From Camelus dromedarius (taxonomy: Eukaryota), in contig NC_087436.1 of assembly GCF_036321535.1 (NCBI RefSeq), positions 35,652,001 through 35,716,000 on the forward strand: a stretch of DNA of 64,000 nucleotides. Reading direction: 5' to 3'. The notes below the pieces were generated by a model. It worked only from the letters and a program-made list of their open reading frames with translations. It was not told the DNA's origin and ran no database searches. Position 1 is the stretch's first letter, and the number at the start of each line of letters is the position of its first letter. Made by a program: the position numbers and the translations under genes. Below, piece by piece: positions 23,961-36,964 of this stretch.

Positions 23961-24989
23961 CTACATTGTTTTTTGTTTTTTCATTATTTTTACCAGTAAG
24001 TGATACTCAATAAAAGCAAAACTAAGTGTAGCAAGTTTTCAGATACCCATACTTCTGGTTAAGAGAAGAAGGAATTATACTAAACAAGGATTTCCAAGTC
24101 TTCTCAGTCCCCAGGTACTAGGTTGACTAGGGATACAACATAAAAAACACTGGGCTCTGGGTTAATTGCCATCAATCTAGAATTTTCCAAACACCATACT
24201 GTTTCCCATTCAGACCCATGCGCAAGGAGGCTGCAGTTATTAGCCCAGTGTCCAGAGATGTGGGATTATACACCAGGTCAAAGGATGTGTCTCTCCATGA
24301 TACTCATAAAATCCCACTGGCTAGTGTTTTACACTATTAAAAATCATCAAGATGTTGGCTTCCCTGAGAAAAACCACATTCTGTTTGGTCCTTGAGTTAT
24401 CGTGAGTGGCAAACTGAAGATGCTATACTGCGAGACCAGCCTTTGGGGTACTGGTGAAACCCTGACTCTGCCTGACTGTGCTTAAGAACGGTCACTGCTG
24501 CATATACCACACAGAGTGAAGGAATCACCGTAAGTCAGAGGAAGGAACCTAAGGGACCATCAAGTTCCACTTCACAAGGTGAAGTTATGCTTTGTATGCT
24601 TTGTACATTTACTTGTTTGAATCAGGTCCCTTCTCTCTACTTGAATAATAAAATCAGAGAGGACAAGACAAGATGTACCCATAAAGTTAATGCTGTCCAA
24701 GGAGAAATTAACCAGACTGTGATTGCCCAGTAGGAAAAAACAGAGGAAGGGGAAGAAAGAGAACATGTGTAGGGTCCCAAAGAGCACTGGTGGCTTAAAA
24801 GGTCCCAGTGCCATTTTCCTGCTCTCCAGAGAGAGGGCAAGAACAGTCTCAGAACCAGAGCAGAGAGGAGGAGGCCGAATGAAACTGACCACTTGCCATC
24901 ATTGGATGTTAAACAGATCTGGGCTTAAATGCAGCTTATTCCTCTGGAGTAGGCTGGAGCTGAAGCACAGGCTGGCTGTGCACATGGTG

Positions 24990-25140
24990 TGTCCAGGGGC
25001 ACGTGATCTCGCTAAAACCCTCTGTAAAATGGAGATGATAGTGTAGTACCTATTTGATGGGCTCTTATGAGGAATAAAGGAAAGTACCACACAGAACCTG
25101 GCACATGGGAAGTACTCAATAAATGTTAGCTATTATCATG
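24990..25140 (+). mobile_element. MIR fragment
   Basis: 'tctgtaaaatggagatgatag...cctggcacatgggaagtactcaataaatgttagctattat'. Confidence 0.8.
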
Positions 25141-25494
25141 TTTTACACTCCTATATATTCCAGCTCCCCAGCTAAACCGTAAGTATCTTTAAAGTAGAGA
25201 CCATGCTCTCACTTCTCTGCACACAGAATCCACACTTAGATGCTTTCGGTGTTGGCTGACTGATTAATGGGCACTAGAAGAGGAGGCCAAGCTCATTAAG
25301 GTTACATGTGACAGCATGTTCCTTCCAGTTCTCAAAGAAATTCCCTACCAGCCCTTTATTTGGGGAGAAAGTAGCAAATCCCCGCGCCTTCTAAAGAATA
25401 TCAAAGTGTCCCCTATTTTCTCCTATTTTACAGATCAAAGAAGAGAGCTGTCAAGGGCAAGCTAGGGACGGCAGAGCCAGGGAAATGATGGAGG

Positions 25495-25975
25495 GATGCG
25501 CTTCCCAGCCGAGGCTTGCAGCTCGGGCTCCTGCCAGGGCGGCCGGCCCTCCCGGAGCGCAGCCTCCGCGTCCAGACTTGTGCGGCGGCTGCTGTAAAAC
25601 CCGCTCGGCCTTCTCCTCCCAGAGATCGCGCTGCCTTTGTCTGGCAGCTCAGTTCACGCCAGAAAACCCTACGGCCAGCCGTGCCTTTTCACTGGGAATG
25701 ATCAAAGTGGAATCTGTCGGAGGCAGAAGCAAGCACCCTTTTAGAAACTATACGTTTTTTAAATTCAGATTCAAAACGGCACTCCAGGCTCACCTGTCCC
25801 CTAGTTTTCCGAACCAGGTACGCCTGCCCCTTGGCGGCAGGCAAGGTCACGTGGCCGCCTTCCCAGCAGCGCCCCCGCCCCTCCCGTCTGGAGAGTCAGG
25901 TTACCTGGAATGTCGGGCCGCTTCTCCGGGTCTGGGTGGAGGCGGGAAGGGCTGGGTGCGGGGAGTGGAGGGCTG
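25495..25975. promoter_or_regulatory. Small intronic CpG-rich island
   Basis: Dense CpGs, GTCACGTGG at 25846-25854 and GC box CCCCGCCCC at about 25873. Confidence 0.55.
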
Positions 25976-27672
25976 TGGGAAGACTGGGTGGAGAACTCAG
26001 AAACCTGGGAGGAGGAAAACAGGTTTCCTTTTTTGGGGCACCCATGCTGCAGGCGCATGTGGTTGGGGGAAGAAAAATGCCAATTAGTTTTGTTTGTCTT
26101 GAAACAAAGAGAGAAAGGAAAGGGAGTGCTCTTTTTTTCTTCCTTTCTTCTTCTTTTTTTTTTGGCCTGATAATACAAGTGAAATGCGTATCTGAAGTTG
26201 TGCTGGGTGGGGACCGAAGACCTTGGCAACCACCACATAAGGGGGCAAATCACAAGGGTCATTGTGTAAGCAGTGGCTACTGAGAATGGCTGTATAATAG
26301 GTGTATTATGGAACACACACCTGGCTTCTGCAAAGCTGGGGAGTGACAAATTGCTTTTATAGAACCATCGGGTGAGCAATAGGATGAACGTCTTCCGTTA
26401 TGTCAGAACAAGGTTGTGCACAATATACAATTCTGGGTATTGTGCGAGGTCCTCACAGAGCCCCACGCATGCATAAGTGTTGGTGCCAACCCTGTGGGTC
26501 TTAGGAATAGTCCCCTGATCCTTCCTTAAGACAAAGGAGGGACCATTTCACTCTTGTCTACAGTATTTGGGGAAATCAGACTCTAAGAGGCAACTTTGTC
26601 CATTCGTATCTTCTGAGTTTATAGTCAGCAATCTGGAAGTTTACCCTCTAGGAAGGCAGACATGTCTTCAGGGGAAATGGGACACCTTCAAGATTAAAAC
26701 AACTAGAAAAGGAAGAAAAATCAGATAATATCCTTTCTGCCATCCCCTAATACCTTGAGGAGTTCAAAGGTTTTCCAAGCCTGCGGGCACTTGGCAATTA
26801 TAATTACACAGTAAAATACCTAAGGTTAATGAATAACCTCTAAAGGAAGTTACTTCACATAATGACAGCAATTTCTCTGAACTAAATGTTAATAATAAGG
26901 CCTGTAATACTATGAGAAGGAAATGGTAGCAATTGGCAAATGGAACTCTGTTGCTTGGTAACAAGACTTGAGGTATGAACATTCTCTTTACCTCAAGGGA
27001 AAGGGGTGGGTGGAAAGACTGCTGCTCCAGCCTGAACGGTTTGAAAGGCAGGCGGCTTTCTGAAGCCACTGGCTGTCCAGCGGTGCCTAAAGCAGAAGCA
27101 TATGTGGCAGCTCACTCTTAGCAGAGAGAGGTTTGAGGGTGAATAATTCCCTAGGAATTATTTAGCAGCACCGTAAAGGAAATGGGATGTAATCTGTAAA
27201 GAGACTGAGGGCAACCTAGTTCACATTACCTGGTACAAATCACTGCTATACAAATAGAACATTTCAGCAAAATCCACCCAAGAGCTAAATCTTCTCCCCT
27301 GGTCTCTGCTTCTGTTGGTTCCAGCAGAGACATACACTTTGATCCTCCTGTTTGTTTTTTCTGTTTTGGAGCAACTGTGGCAACTGTGGCATTTTAGAGA
27401 TGAATTAGGAAAGGAATGCAATTAAGACAACCTAAGAGTGCAGTGTTCCTCATGAAGAAAAACGTTACACATTTGCACTGCAGGTGTATCTTTAGTTGGG
27501 TCATTACTGGCCTTCTGAATTGAAAGATCCTAGAGACAGCTTCTTCCAGCTGGTCATTAATCAACAGGAAATAGCCTACAACAAGGTCATTATTACCTTA
27601 AACCATTACAGAAGCATATTCAGTGTGAGGCTGAGATAAGACTGAAAGTTTTAAATCCCTGTTTGTTTTATG

Positions 27673-27847
27673 GCAGTGGTTCTCAAATCAGCCAGAGGCT
27701 CCATATCACCTGGACAGTTTTCAAAAATACAGTTTTCGGGGTCCCCAAGCCTGGATGCTGACAGAGCAAGTCTAAGATGGCACCTGAGAATTTGACCTGA
27801 ATTCTCCATGGTATTCAGGTCATTAGCCAAGTGTGAAAGCCACTGCT
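27673..27847. mobile_element. MER5A MITE
   Basis: TIRs 'cagtggttctcaaa' and 'gtgtgaaagccactg'. Confidence 0.82.
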
Positions 27848-28892
27848 CCAAGTTCTGTTAAGAGTAGTTACTGGCCGGACAAAAGAGAAAAAGTAAGAAT
27901 GAATACATTTTTGCACTTGGAATTTAAAACTGTTCAGTTATTTCCCTAAGAGAAACTGATCTACACATTTTTTAAAAGAAAAGTAAGTATGTTCATTCTA
28001 AATGCAGTGTTTTATTGTTCCATTTTTTAAATATTTAAAAACATTTGGGGACTGATTTTAATTCCCCCCAAAATTTTTTCGGACTTTACCAGCATTTAAT
28101 TTGAGGCTATTTACTGTAACTTCAGGGTCTTCCTAGGTAGGCAAATAAAATCATCTGCCCCAGGAGCCTTAAAAGGCTCACCCTATGCAAAACCATAAAA
28201 CAGGCAAAATTTGCCCCCTAATCTTGGTTCCTTTTTCAGGGAGTTCCTTACCAAGAGTTGGCCAGTGCTTTCTAGAAGTCCTCAGTGGATTTCCTTTTCC
28301 CAGTTTTTCCTTCACTGTGTGCTCCCTCTGATGTCTCTCTTTGGCTCTCTGACTTCTTTAAAAACAACAATAATCCTATGTTATTTAGCTGTGGATCTTA
28401 ATGGGCTAATTTATAATGGCCAAATAACACAAACATATATTTACAAAAATTGGGGGTGGGGACTTAATTCAAAGGAATGACTTCTGGATAGTTAGAAGAT
28501 GTTTGAGGCAGATTTGGCTTCTGGCCCTGAAAACGACAATATCTGACACATGGATTGAGCCCTGAATCCTCAGGATGGCTGCATTTACTATGCACAATGT
28601 GAGTAATTACACACTAACGAAACTCTGCTCAAAGAAATTAAAAGCCATCTATTAAATAATCAAGAGAAACACCATCAAAATCATTAAAAATAAGCACTAT
28701 CAGAATGTGTGGATCTCATGAATCACAAGAAATGGTCCCTCACAAAAGGTGGAATTAACAACTTGACAAAAGTCATCTCCATGTCCCCAGAATTCCATAG
28801 GGCTCATTAACATATTCTTCTGAAGCCAGAAGCAATTTCACCTTAACCCCAAATCCTAATTTATTGGAATGTTCTTTAAAAAGAGAGCACTA

Positions 28893-29342
28893 AGCCATGA
28901 AAAAGAAGGTAATAACGTCATTTGCAGCAACAGAGATGGACCTAGAGATTATCACACCAAGTGATGTTAAGTCAGACAGGGACAAACATCGTATGATATC
29001 CCTTATACATGGAATCTAAAAAAAGCTACAAATTTGATTTACAAACCAGAAATAGACTCATGGGCATAGAAAACAAACTATGGTTAACAAAGGGGAAAGG
29101 CAGAGAGGGATAAATTAGGCATTTGGGATTAAGAGATACACATTACTACATATAAAACAGATAAACAACAAAGACTTACTGTATAGCACACAGAACTATA
29201 TTGAATTTCTTATGACATATAATGGAAAAGAATATAAAAAAATATACGTATGTATATGTATAACTGAATCTCTTTGCTGTACACCTGAAACTAACACTGT
29301 AAATAAACTACACTTCAATACAAAAATAAAATTAAAAAAAAA
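28893..29342 (+). mobile_element. 5'-truncated L1 3' end with poly-A and degenerate TSD
   Basis: 'catttgcagcaacagagatggacctagagattatcacac...acacctgaaactaacac'; flanks aaaaagagagcacta and aaaaagaaatcacta. Confidence 0.9.
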
Positions 29343-29815
29343 GAAATCACTACTACCCTTAGGTCCATACTCTGGGACTAGTAGGAACCTCTAGAAATCT
29401 CCCCTGCAGTGATGCTAACTCTCCTGACGTTTAGAAGAACAGCACCTCCTATCCCCAGTCCTGTGCCCAAGAACACACGCCGGGAAGATCACATGGATGT
29501 GCTGATCCCCCAGTCTGCTTGACTGGAGCTTGCCTAACACAGCTGAAAGCCGTGAGAGCAATCTGACCCTCACAACGGAGTAACGTCAGTCTTAGAGAAG
29601 TGTGATGGCCAGGCAAAAGGAAGCTACGCCTTGCCTGTAACACTGCCCCCCTCCCTCCTTCTGCACTCTGGGCGCCTCTCCATGACCCCAGTGATGTCTT
29701 TGCCATGACTTTGTTGACCTGTTTGTCTCCTGTGATGGCACACAGACTCCGTGCGGGCAGGAAGTGGATTTTACTCAGTCTCACTTTGGAGGGCTGAGCA
29801 CAGTACCGTAAGTAC

Positions 29816-30321
29816 TGTAGGCAGGGGAGGATTTTACTTCTACCATCTTTGAGTCCCTAGATGGGCCTGAGAATTAAATTGATATAACGTAGATTAACAG
29901 GAGAAAAGCATACAGATTTATTTAATGTAAGTTTGGCAGGACACAGGAGCCTTCATAAGGAAATGAAGAGACAAAGAAGCGGCAAAACCTCAGTGCGTAT
30001 ATGCTAGGTTGCACAAAGAGGCAATTGTGGAAAAGTAACTAAAATAGATGAGGAGAGCAAAGGAAGATAAGAGTTATTTTAACAAGGTCTGTTTGTACAG
30101 AGTTCTCTCGGCCCCCATTCCCATCTCTGGTGATAAGAGTGTTCCTTTCCCCTGGTGCAGGAAGGGCATCTCTCACATGGGAGCTTTATCTCCTGCGCTG
30201 AGGAAGAAAAGGGAGGATCAGAGCGTCCTTTCGGTACTTGCTGTTTTTTAGTGCTTTTAGCTCAAAATAATCCATAGGCCCAAGTGACACATTTTGGGAA
30301 AGCACATTCTGCGATCCTTCA
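29816..30321 (-). mobile_element. ERV1-class solo LTR
   Basis: TG...CA ends, flanks gtac/gcac, 'agattaacaggagaaaagcatacagatttattt' (minus AATAAA) and 'agctcaaaataatcc...cacattttggg'. Confidence 0.82.
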
Positions 30322-30894
30322 GCACCAAGTGCGTTAAAGAGTTGGCTGCCAATGCCTAGTGAATGCCTGCAGAGCTCTGCTGCTAATGGTTGCCTTCTCT
30401 GTGTTAGCCACTGTCACCTTTTTTTTCTTTTGAAAAGAAGATAAAATGTTTAGTGAAGCACCTAGTCACTAAAACCTTACTAATTATTACCGTTGGTGAT
30501 TCTTGTCCAGACTGGAAGCACTGATGGACTTAAAAGTACAGGCAGAGGAGAGGAAAACAAAAGTCAGAGTGAAGAATCACAACTCTGACAGAAAACTTTT
30601 GCCAGCATTTCACCCTGTCCACAGGTAGATCCCGAACGGTGTTCCTGTTCCAGGTCCTTCCCACCCTAGAGCACAGACGGTGCTGTAGTGGCTTGGTGAT
30701 TTACTTGAAATGAGTTTGTCCCAAATGCTGCTACTGAGATGCTGAAGATGCAGTACGCATCCTGAAATGGACAGTGACAGTTTCGTGATAAATGACTTGT
30801 CCTTGCAGAAATGCACTCCTCAGAATAACCTGCTGGGGCAGTCTTGGCACCAACTTGCAATAGGTTCCCATGGAGAGTGAAAGGCACAGGCAAG

Positions 30895-31080
30895 GTCCAG
30901 AGGTTTAATCATGGAATGTGGAGTCAGACAGACCTTTGTTAAATTTCTCGTTCAGTCATTTACCACTTGGATGACCTTAGGTTATCTAAGCCCCAGATTT
31001 TTCACTTGTAAAATGGTAATAGTAACACCTTTACCTTCTTGCAGGACTGTTGGGAATCACAGACTGCACGTATAAAACAA
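30895..31080 (+). mobile_element. MIR SINE
   Basis: 'tggagtcagacagacct...tgaccttagg...cttgtaaaatggtaatagtaacacct'. Confidence 0.72.
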
Positions 31081-31677
31081 CAGGCAGGCAGGCACAGAGC
31101 AGCAGCAGGCGTGACACTAGTATCATGCGCTTCATAAATGCCCGCGCAGTGTAGTGGAACGGGACGTTCTGACATACTTCGGAATCCCTCCGGCCCAGAC
31201 GCCATACCCCATGGCTTTCACTTCTAGGACACACAACCCACTTTAGACTCTCTACTCTTAATACACAAAAGAGTATTAGGTTTTGCTGAAGACTGAGAAT
31301 TTATAACACAAAATGAACAAGAGATTCAAATATTTTCTAGCTAACTTGATTAATAAAAATGGTTAGACCACATAATTCAAATTCTTTTTTGGTTGGACTG
31401 ACTGTATAGGCTCAAAGCTGCGAAAGTCCATCTGCTGGTGAACATCAGGGACGTCACACTAAGAAACCTTATTCTTCCCAAATCACGGCCCTTGAGAAAC
31501 CTGGCTTTCTGAAATCCTACCAGGGATTATCTGACCAAAATGAAACAGCTTTAAACTGACTGGGTTGAATCAGCCCAGCTTTGGTCCAAGAGCCAATCAG
31601 CATTATTCCAATTCTGTAAGAGTTAATAAAAAGGTCTCTCTCTTCTCTTAGAACTAATCAAAACCCTCTGTACTCAC

Positions 31678-31985
31678 TCAGAAAGGTATATATGCCTGCT
31701 CAAGCAAGCTGCAAGTACATTGCATTCCAACAGTCCAGCTCCCTTGCTCAACAAGATAGAGTCAGCTTCTTTGTCTCTCAGAAGTGGCAGTCTGACTATC
31801 TGAACAACAGAACCTGCAGTATTTGTAGTTCTTAAAGCCTCCATGAAGAAGCCCTGATCATCTGAAAGTCCACATTTAAGTAACTTTATGCCATGATCAC
31901 CAGGAATTGAGGGATTCCTCCTCCAGAGATGATGCTCCTGAAATACTCTTATCTGTATCGAGTCCTGACTCCTGTCCTGTCTCCT
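31678..31985 (-). other. Candidate alternative non-coding exon (308 nt)
   Basis: Acceptor GTCTGTCTTTCAG|AG and donor CTGA|GTGAGT in unique sequence. Confidence 0.3.
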
Positions 31986-32547
31986 CTGAAAGACAGACCG
32001 TATGGCCACTGCTTAGAGTAAATTCTGAACACTGAGATGGTAGCACGGGGTACAGACTGGGTAATTACCAGGGACCTGGGCTCACTGAGCTTGACCTAGA
32101 TGGACACCGGTCAGGACTGTAATGACCCCAGTTCACCTTCCAATCCACACTGCAAGGACCAACAGTTCTCTCAGTTCTCACGGCCCTTGCAGGGGGCTGG
32201 GGATGAGAGATAACTCTTCGTGCCTCAATTCCGGGCCTACCCCTGGATACCAGTTGAAACCATCTTCCTTCCAGCCACCCAAATCAAAACTCTGGGGCTT
32301 TCCTGGGTTCCACCCTTGTTTCCATTGTTCAGGAACAGAACTCCAGGCCGGTCACCACGTGCTGCCCCTGCTCTGTGGCTTCCTTCTGCTATTTCTGAGC
32401 CCATCATGTTCTTTAAAGCTCCAAGTCTCCTCCCAGCCCCGCTCTCCAGCCACCCTCCCGCCATTACCTACCTGCAACCCCTTATCAAAGGTCTTACTCT
32501 CACATTTTTTCTGACTTTTGGGAATTCTGTCTTTTAAGGTGATTACC

Positions 32548-32613
32548 AATATTAGCACAAACATTTCTAAAACCAATCACAATATCAGCAGAACCATTTC
32601 TAAGACCAATCAC
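32548..32613. repeat. 33-bp tandem duplication containing CCAATCA
   Basis: aatattagcacaaacatttctaaaaccaatcac / aatatcagcagaaccatttctaagaccaatcac. Confidence 0.85.
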
Positions 32614-32945
32614 ATTTCATGACCAATAATCAAGGATGGGTGACTATTTCCTCGTGATTTTCAAGCAAAGCCAAGATTCTGCTTTCCTGAAATTGCCCAT
32701 GGGTGTTGGTAGTTTCAGGTAGTATCCCAGATCCAGCAACAAAGTTTCGAGACCTAATTCATTTGCAGTGTCTGAATCATCTAATTTGACCATTTGCTTG
32801 CTAAAATCAACCAACCAAGAGGTTTCAGATTTTCAGGTAGAGTAGTGCAGCCGTAACTGACATTAAGACTGAGTACATGAAATAATTTTTATCTCTTTAA
32901 AAATAACACATTGGGCATACGCTGCATGTCGCACACTGCAAGCCG

Positions 32946-33507
32946 TGTGGAGGGGAGAAAAAACCTTCCCTGTACTCTCTCAGGTTCCATGCCTGGAATC
33001 TGTGAATTAAACCAACAAAAGAAGACAGATTAATAGGAGCAAAGGTTTATTTCATGTGCACAGGGGGAGCTTCACAGAAAAGAAGTGAAAGCCACAAGGA
33101 GGGTTTTATATACCACTTTAACAAAGGGTGATAAAGTGGACTGAAGGGACCAGACAGGGAAAAGGAGAGGATGGATGGTTTGGGCTTCTGGCAAGGGGAT
33201 ATGTTTTCCAGAGAAGACTAGGAAATGCATGATAAATAAGGGTTGTTTAAAAAGGTTTGTTGTGCAGATTCAAGTTATCTGAGGTGATATGCATTATCTC
33301 AAGAGATTTACAAAAGAGGAGAATAACTCTACAAATGGAAATTTTACACATGTAAATTGTCTTTACAAAAAGGAAATACATGCCCTGCCTTGGGGAGGAG
33401 GGTGGGGCAGAGCTCTCCTGTGTTTGCCCTTTCTTAATCGCCTTAAGCTCAGAATAAAACTTACCCCAAATTGCATATTTTGGGGTGGCATTTTCTGACC
33501 CCCTTCA
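32946..33507 (-). mobile_element. ERV1-class solo LTR related to 29816-30321
   Basis: Shared blocks 'gtgaattaaa...agattaataggag...tttattt' and 'agctcagaataa...catattttggggtggcattttctgacccccttca'. Confidence 0.78.
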
Positions 33508-34154
33508 TATGCAAAGATTAACAGCATGCTAGCCTTACCCTTCAAAGAATTTATGCAAAAATGCAATCATTAAATTCGTTTGGATTACATATTCTAGGAG
33601 GGAAAAAGGGTGAGGAGGCATCACACGGAAGCACTACACTTGCTGCGGTGCATTTGCTGTGTTTAATCAAAATAATCTCTGATTTTAATTAGCTTATACA
33701 GGAATGCCTCATTATCCAATCCTGAAAATTGTGTTGCAGAGTAAGTTTAATCATTTCCCCAAAATGGGTGAGCTAACTTTTGGATGACAGGAACTATAAA
33801 TCCATTATTATCTTTCATGTGAAAAATAATAATGTGTCCCCAATGTGTCCGAAAATCCCAACTAATTTTCCCAAACAGAACTGAAACATTCTTAGACCTC
33901 TACATAACAATGCATCAAAGAGCCCTGCATGCTGAGAAGCATTTAAAACCCCAATTACCTAACTATTTAACACTTAAGGAACTCATTAGTGGGTATATTT
34001 GTATGCAGTACTTAATGATATTGTACAGAATCAGATATGAGTTATGTTTTTCCTTCAGCACTACCCCAAACATGCACTGGCAGCTAAATAAAGAATGAAG
34101 TAGTATGTTAAAGATACATGAGAATTCAAGGAGGACTCAGAAAAATAAAATAAA

Positions 34155-34265
34155 CAAGATAACTTTTTTTTTTTAATGGAGGTACTGGGGAATGAACCCA
34201 GGACCTTGTGCATGCTAAGCATGTGCTCTACTATTGAGCGATACATAGCCCCCATCAAGACAACT
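34155..34265 (-). mobile_element. tRNA-derived camelid-type SINE, short form, with TSD
   Basis: Poly-T plus 'aatggaggtactggggaatgaacccaggaccttgtgcatgctaagcatgtgctctac'; TSD caagataact / caagacaact. Confidence 0.9.
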
Positions 34266-35089
34266 ATTTTTGAAAGGCTACTGCTGGAAGGTTTGGTGGC
34301 CAGAGGCACCAAATTACAGTCTGTGGTTGCAACTGCTCTTTGGAGGTTAACAGAAGGTGAAGAGGAGTAGAGAAGACAGCTTCATCATGTGAAGCTTTTC
34401 TCCTACGGGGCAGCTCTTCAAGATTTCTCACTCTCACCCAATTTCCTTAAAGGCTTTTGCACTATCTAGAAAGACATCACATTAACAATATGGGGAGGAT
34501 GAGAGCAGTAATGTACAACCCGTTCATCAACACACAACCTGAGTCTCTTGAGAGAACAAATAAAAGGAGTCTTGCTCAGACCCCAGGACAACTTACAGTG
34601 TTGCTGGCTTGTATGTGGACCAATCACAGCAAGTTGTAATTCAGATAATGGACTTGTTAATGCAGGAAGTCCTTAATTCAGGAAACAGGAGTTGGTGAAA
34701 TTGAAACCAATTTATTAAATAAAAGGAAAAGCAGATACAGCCAAGTACTTAGAAGCTAGAACACGGTTTTTAAGGCTTGAAACAGAATAGCGTGGGAGAT
34801 ACAATTCTTCAGTCTTTATTCTGTACTATTACTCTCATACTTTGTTCTAATCCTCTGAAGATGTTTAGGAAAATGCAACAGAGATCTGGAGAAACCAATA
34901 TGACCTCTATTTTTAAACTTTAGCTCAAGATTTAGCTATAAACATAAACATTTAATTGCATAAACTGCTAACAGTCTACATAATGGACAAGGCTTATATT
35001 TATCTGCATAGCACCATATTTTCCAGTCTTCTATGACCAGCCTTCCCCAACTCCCTACAAGGAAAAACTGTGCCTCTCCCATTTGAATG

Positions 35090-35582
35090 GGTCTATAAAT
35101 CCCACATCCCTGCCTGTCCCCCTGACAACAGGGAGGTCCATGACCCAGGCCCAGGCAATGGGAGTAATACTTGCTGGCAGTAGCAACTGGTCCAGGAGGG
35201 AGCACCTGCCCAAAGGCGAGTCTTTCTGAGCCTCTCTTTTCCCAAGATTCCCCAGTCTGAAGATGAGAGGATGCGCTCCCTACTTCAGCATTGCTAAGCC
35301 TTCCCCCGGGGACTGTCCTCTAACTCTGCAGCTGCCTGCCATCATCTCCATTCAAGAAGCCACCTGAAGTGACAGAATGAGTGACTGTGCGAAAGAAGCC
35401 AAGACTTAAGGCCGAGAAATGGGAAGACAGTCCTGATACTCCCAGTTCTGGATCCAGGGGACTCTGAGGCTGACCCGACCTCTTCCTTCCTTATATCAAG
35501 AGCCACCAAATTCCCCTTTTTGGATAAACTTTTTGGAGATCCGTTTTCTGTCACTGCAACCAAATGCATTCTGACCGATACA
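35090..35582 (+). mobile_element. MLT1-type MaLR LTR
   Basis: 3' end 'caaattccccttttt...ttttctgtcactgcaaccaaatgcattctgaccgataca'. Confidence 0.7.
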
Positions 35583-36964
35583 CCTGTATGTCCAACAGGA
35601 CTGGTTAAGCAAACCACAGACTCAGACTTGTGTGGCCATTAAAATTAACTTACTGAAGTGTAACTCAACAAAAATTAAATGCATAGATGGCACGCAAAGA
35701 TGATCTGATTTATTAAGTGGGGGGAAAAAAGCTAGTTATGAAACAATACTCATTGTGTCAACTAATTATGTTCAAAATAGATGGATAAATAAAGATAACA
35801 TTTTAATGGTGGCTTTTTCCCTGAGTATTAGGACATATGATTTTTTAAAATCACTTTCCTTACTTTATAATTTTTACTTTTAGAATAAGAAAAATCTTGC
35901 TAAAAACCAAGCTTTTGGTCTCATCTTTTTACAAGCCTATGTACAAATTAAAATGTAATCACCCACTGATTCTCTTGGAGTTTTACCTGCCCCTTCACTT
36001 CTAAATAAGTTTCCTTTAACATGGTGACACATCATCCCTTTTCTTTTTCAAGCACTGGGACTTTAAAAGATGACATTTATAAGGATAGTAAATAATCAGC
36101 ACCTTCCACCAGCATAGTTTATGGCTTTTTGGCTAGTATAGCAAGGCACAAAGGAAACATTTTGATCTAAATGAAATCACTCAGTAACTTTCTAATTATT
36201 TTTCTCCATAGTAACACATATAAAATATGAAAAATATGTTTAGTCAAGTTTTTTCTCCTCTTTCATAACTATTTCAAAAGGCCTTAAGTGTGTTTTATAT
36301 CTCCTTAAAAATTTCACCCTGTAGACGGGGTTCCTTTTAACACTGAAGTCTGGGGCTTTGCACCAATAACACGACTCTATTACTGCATTCCTGATGAAAA
36401 GCACTAATAGCTTAAAATGTTTCTTTTTTGAATTTTTTTCCTCATGAAAATGACTCTGAAAGCTTTGGAAGGCATTTCTAAAATAGTATCATATGAAAAG
36501 TTAGCCTTTTATGAGGCTTCAGACCACAGAAGAATCCCATGGACTTTCTTTTCTAACATAATTTAACCCCTTCATTCAAAAACTTAAGAGCTGGAGTATG
36601 GTTTAATAGGTAGATTTAGAGGCTTCTGTGCCTCCAGTAATCCTCCTTTCATCAAAACAATGGCTATAATTAATATTTATGATTTTGCCTTTCACCTCAA
36701 AGGACTTCACAGATTGTTACCACAGGACTCATGACACTCACTAATGATGTACTGCTCAGTCCAGTAGAGAAATTTACAATCACCTCAAGTTTACTCCCTA
36801 ATGATGTGGCTACAAAGGAGGGGTGATGGTGGTGTGAAGGATTCAACTCCCCATCACCTAAAGAATGACTCAAAAATAGGAAATCAATCAGTCAGTCCAT
36901 ACTGATTTCCCAAAGCCTGCCTAGCAAGATCACGTTTTTTCAGTATGCCCAATGTGATGTCATA

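Noticed and set aside
26224..26250. CTCF-like 'ccacataagggggca'
   Set aside because: Spacing does not fit the CTCF core and cannot be supported without PWM scoring.
25485..26379. Longest ORFs (200 aa +, 192 aa -, 150 aa +)
   Set aside because: They overlap on both strands in a GC-rich patch, have low-complexity composition and no recognisable domain. This is typical stop-codon depletion in CpG-rich DNA.
32548..32613. 33-bp repeats as a CRISPR-like array
   Set aside because: Only two adjacent copies, no spacers, no cas genes, and a mammalian context.
29816..33507. Possible single provirus bounded by two LTRs
   Set aside because: The LTRs are clearly diverged from each other, the first has its own TSD, and the interval holds a MIR and no gag/pol traces.
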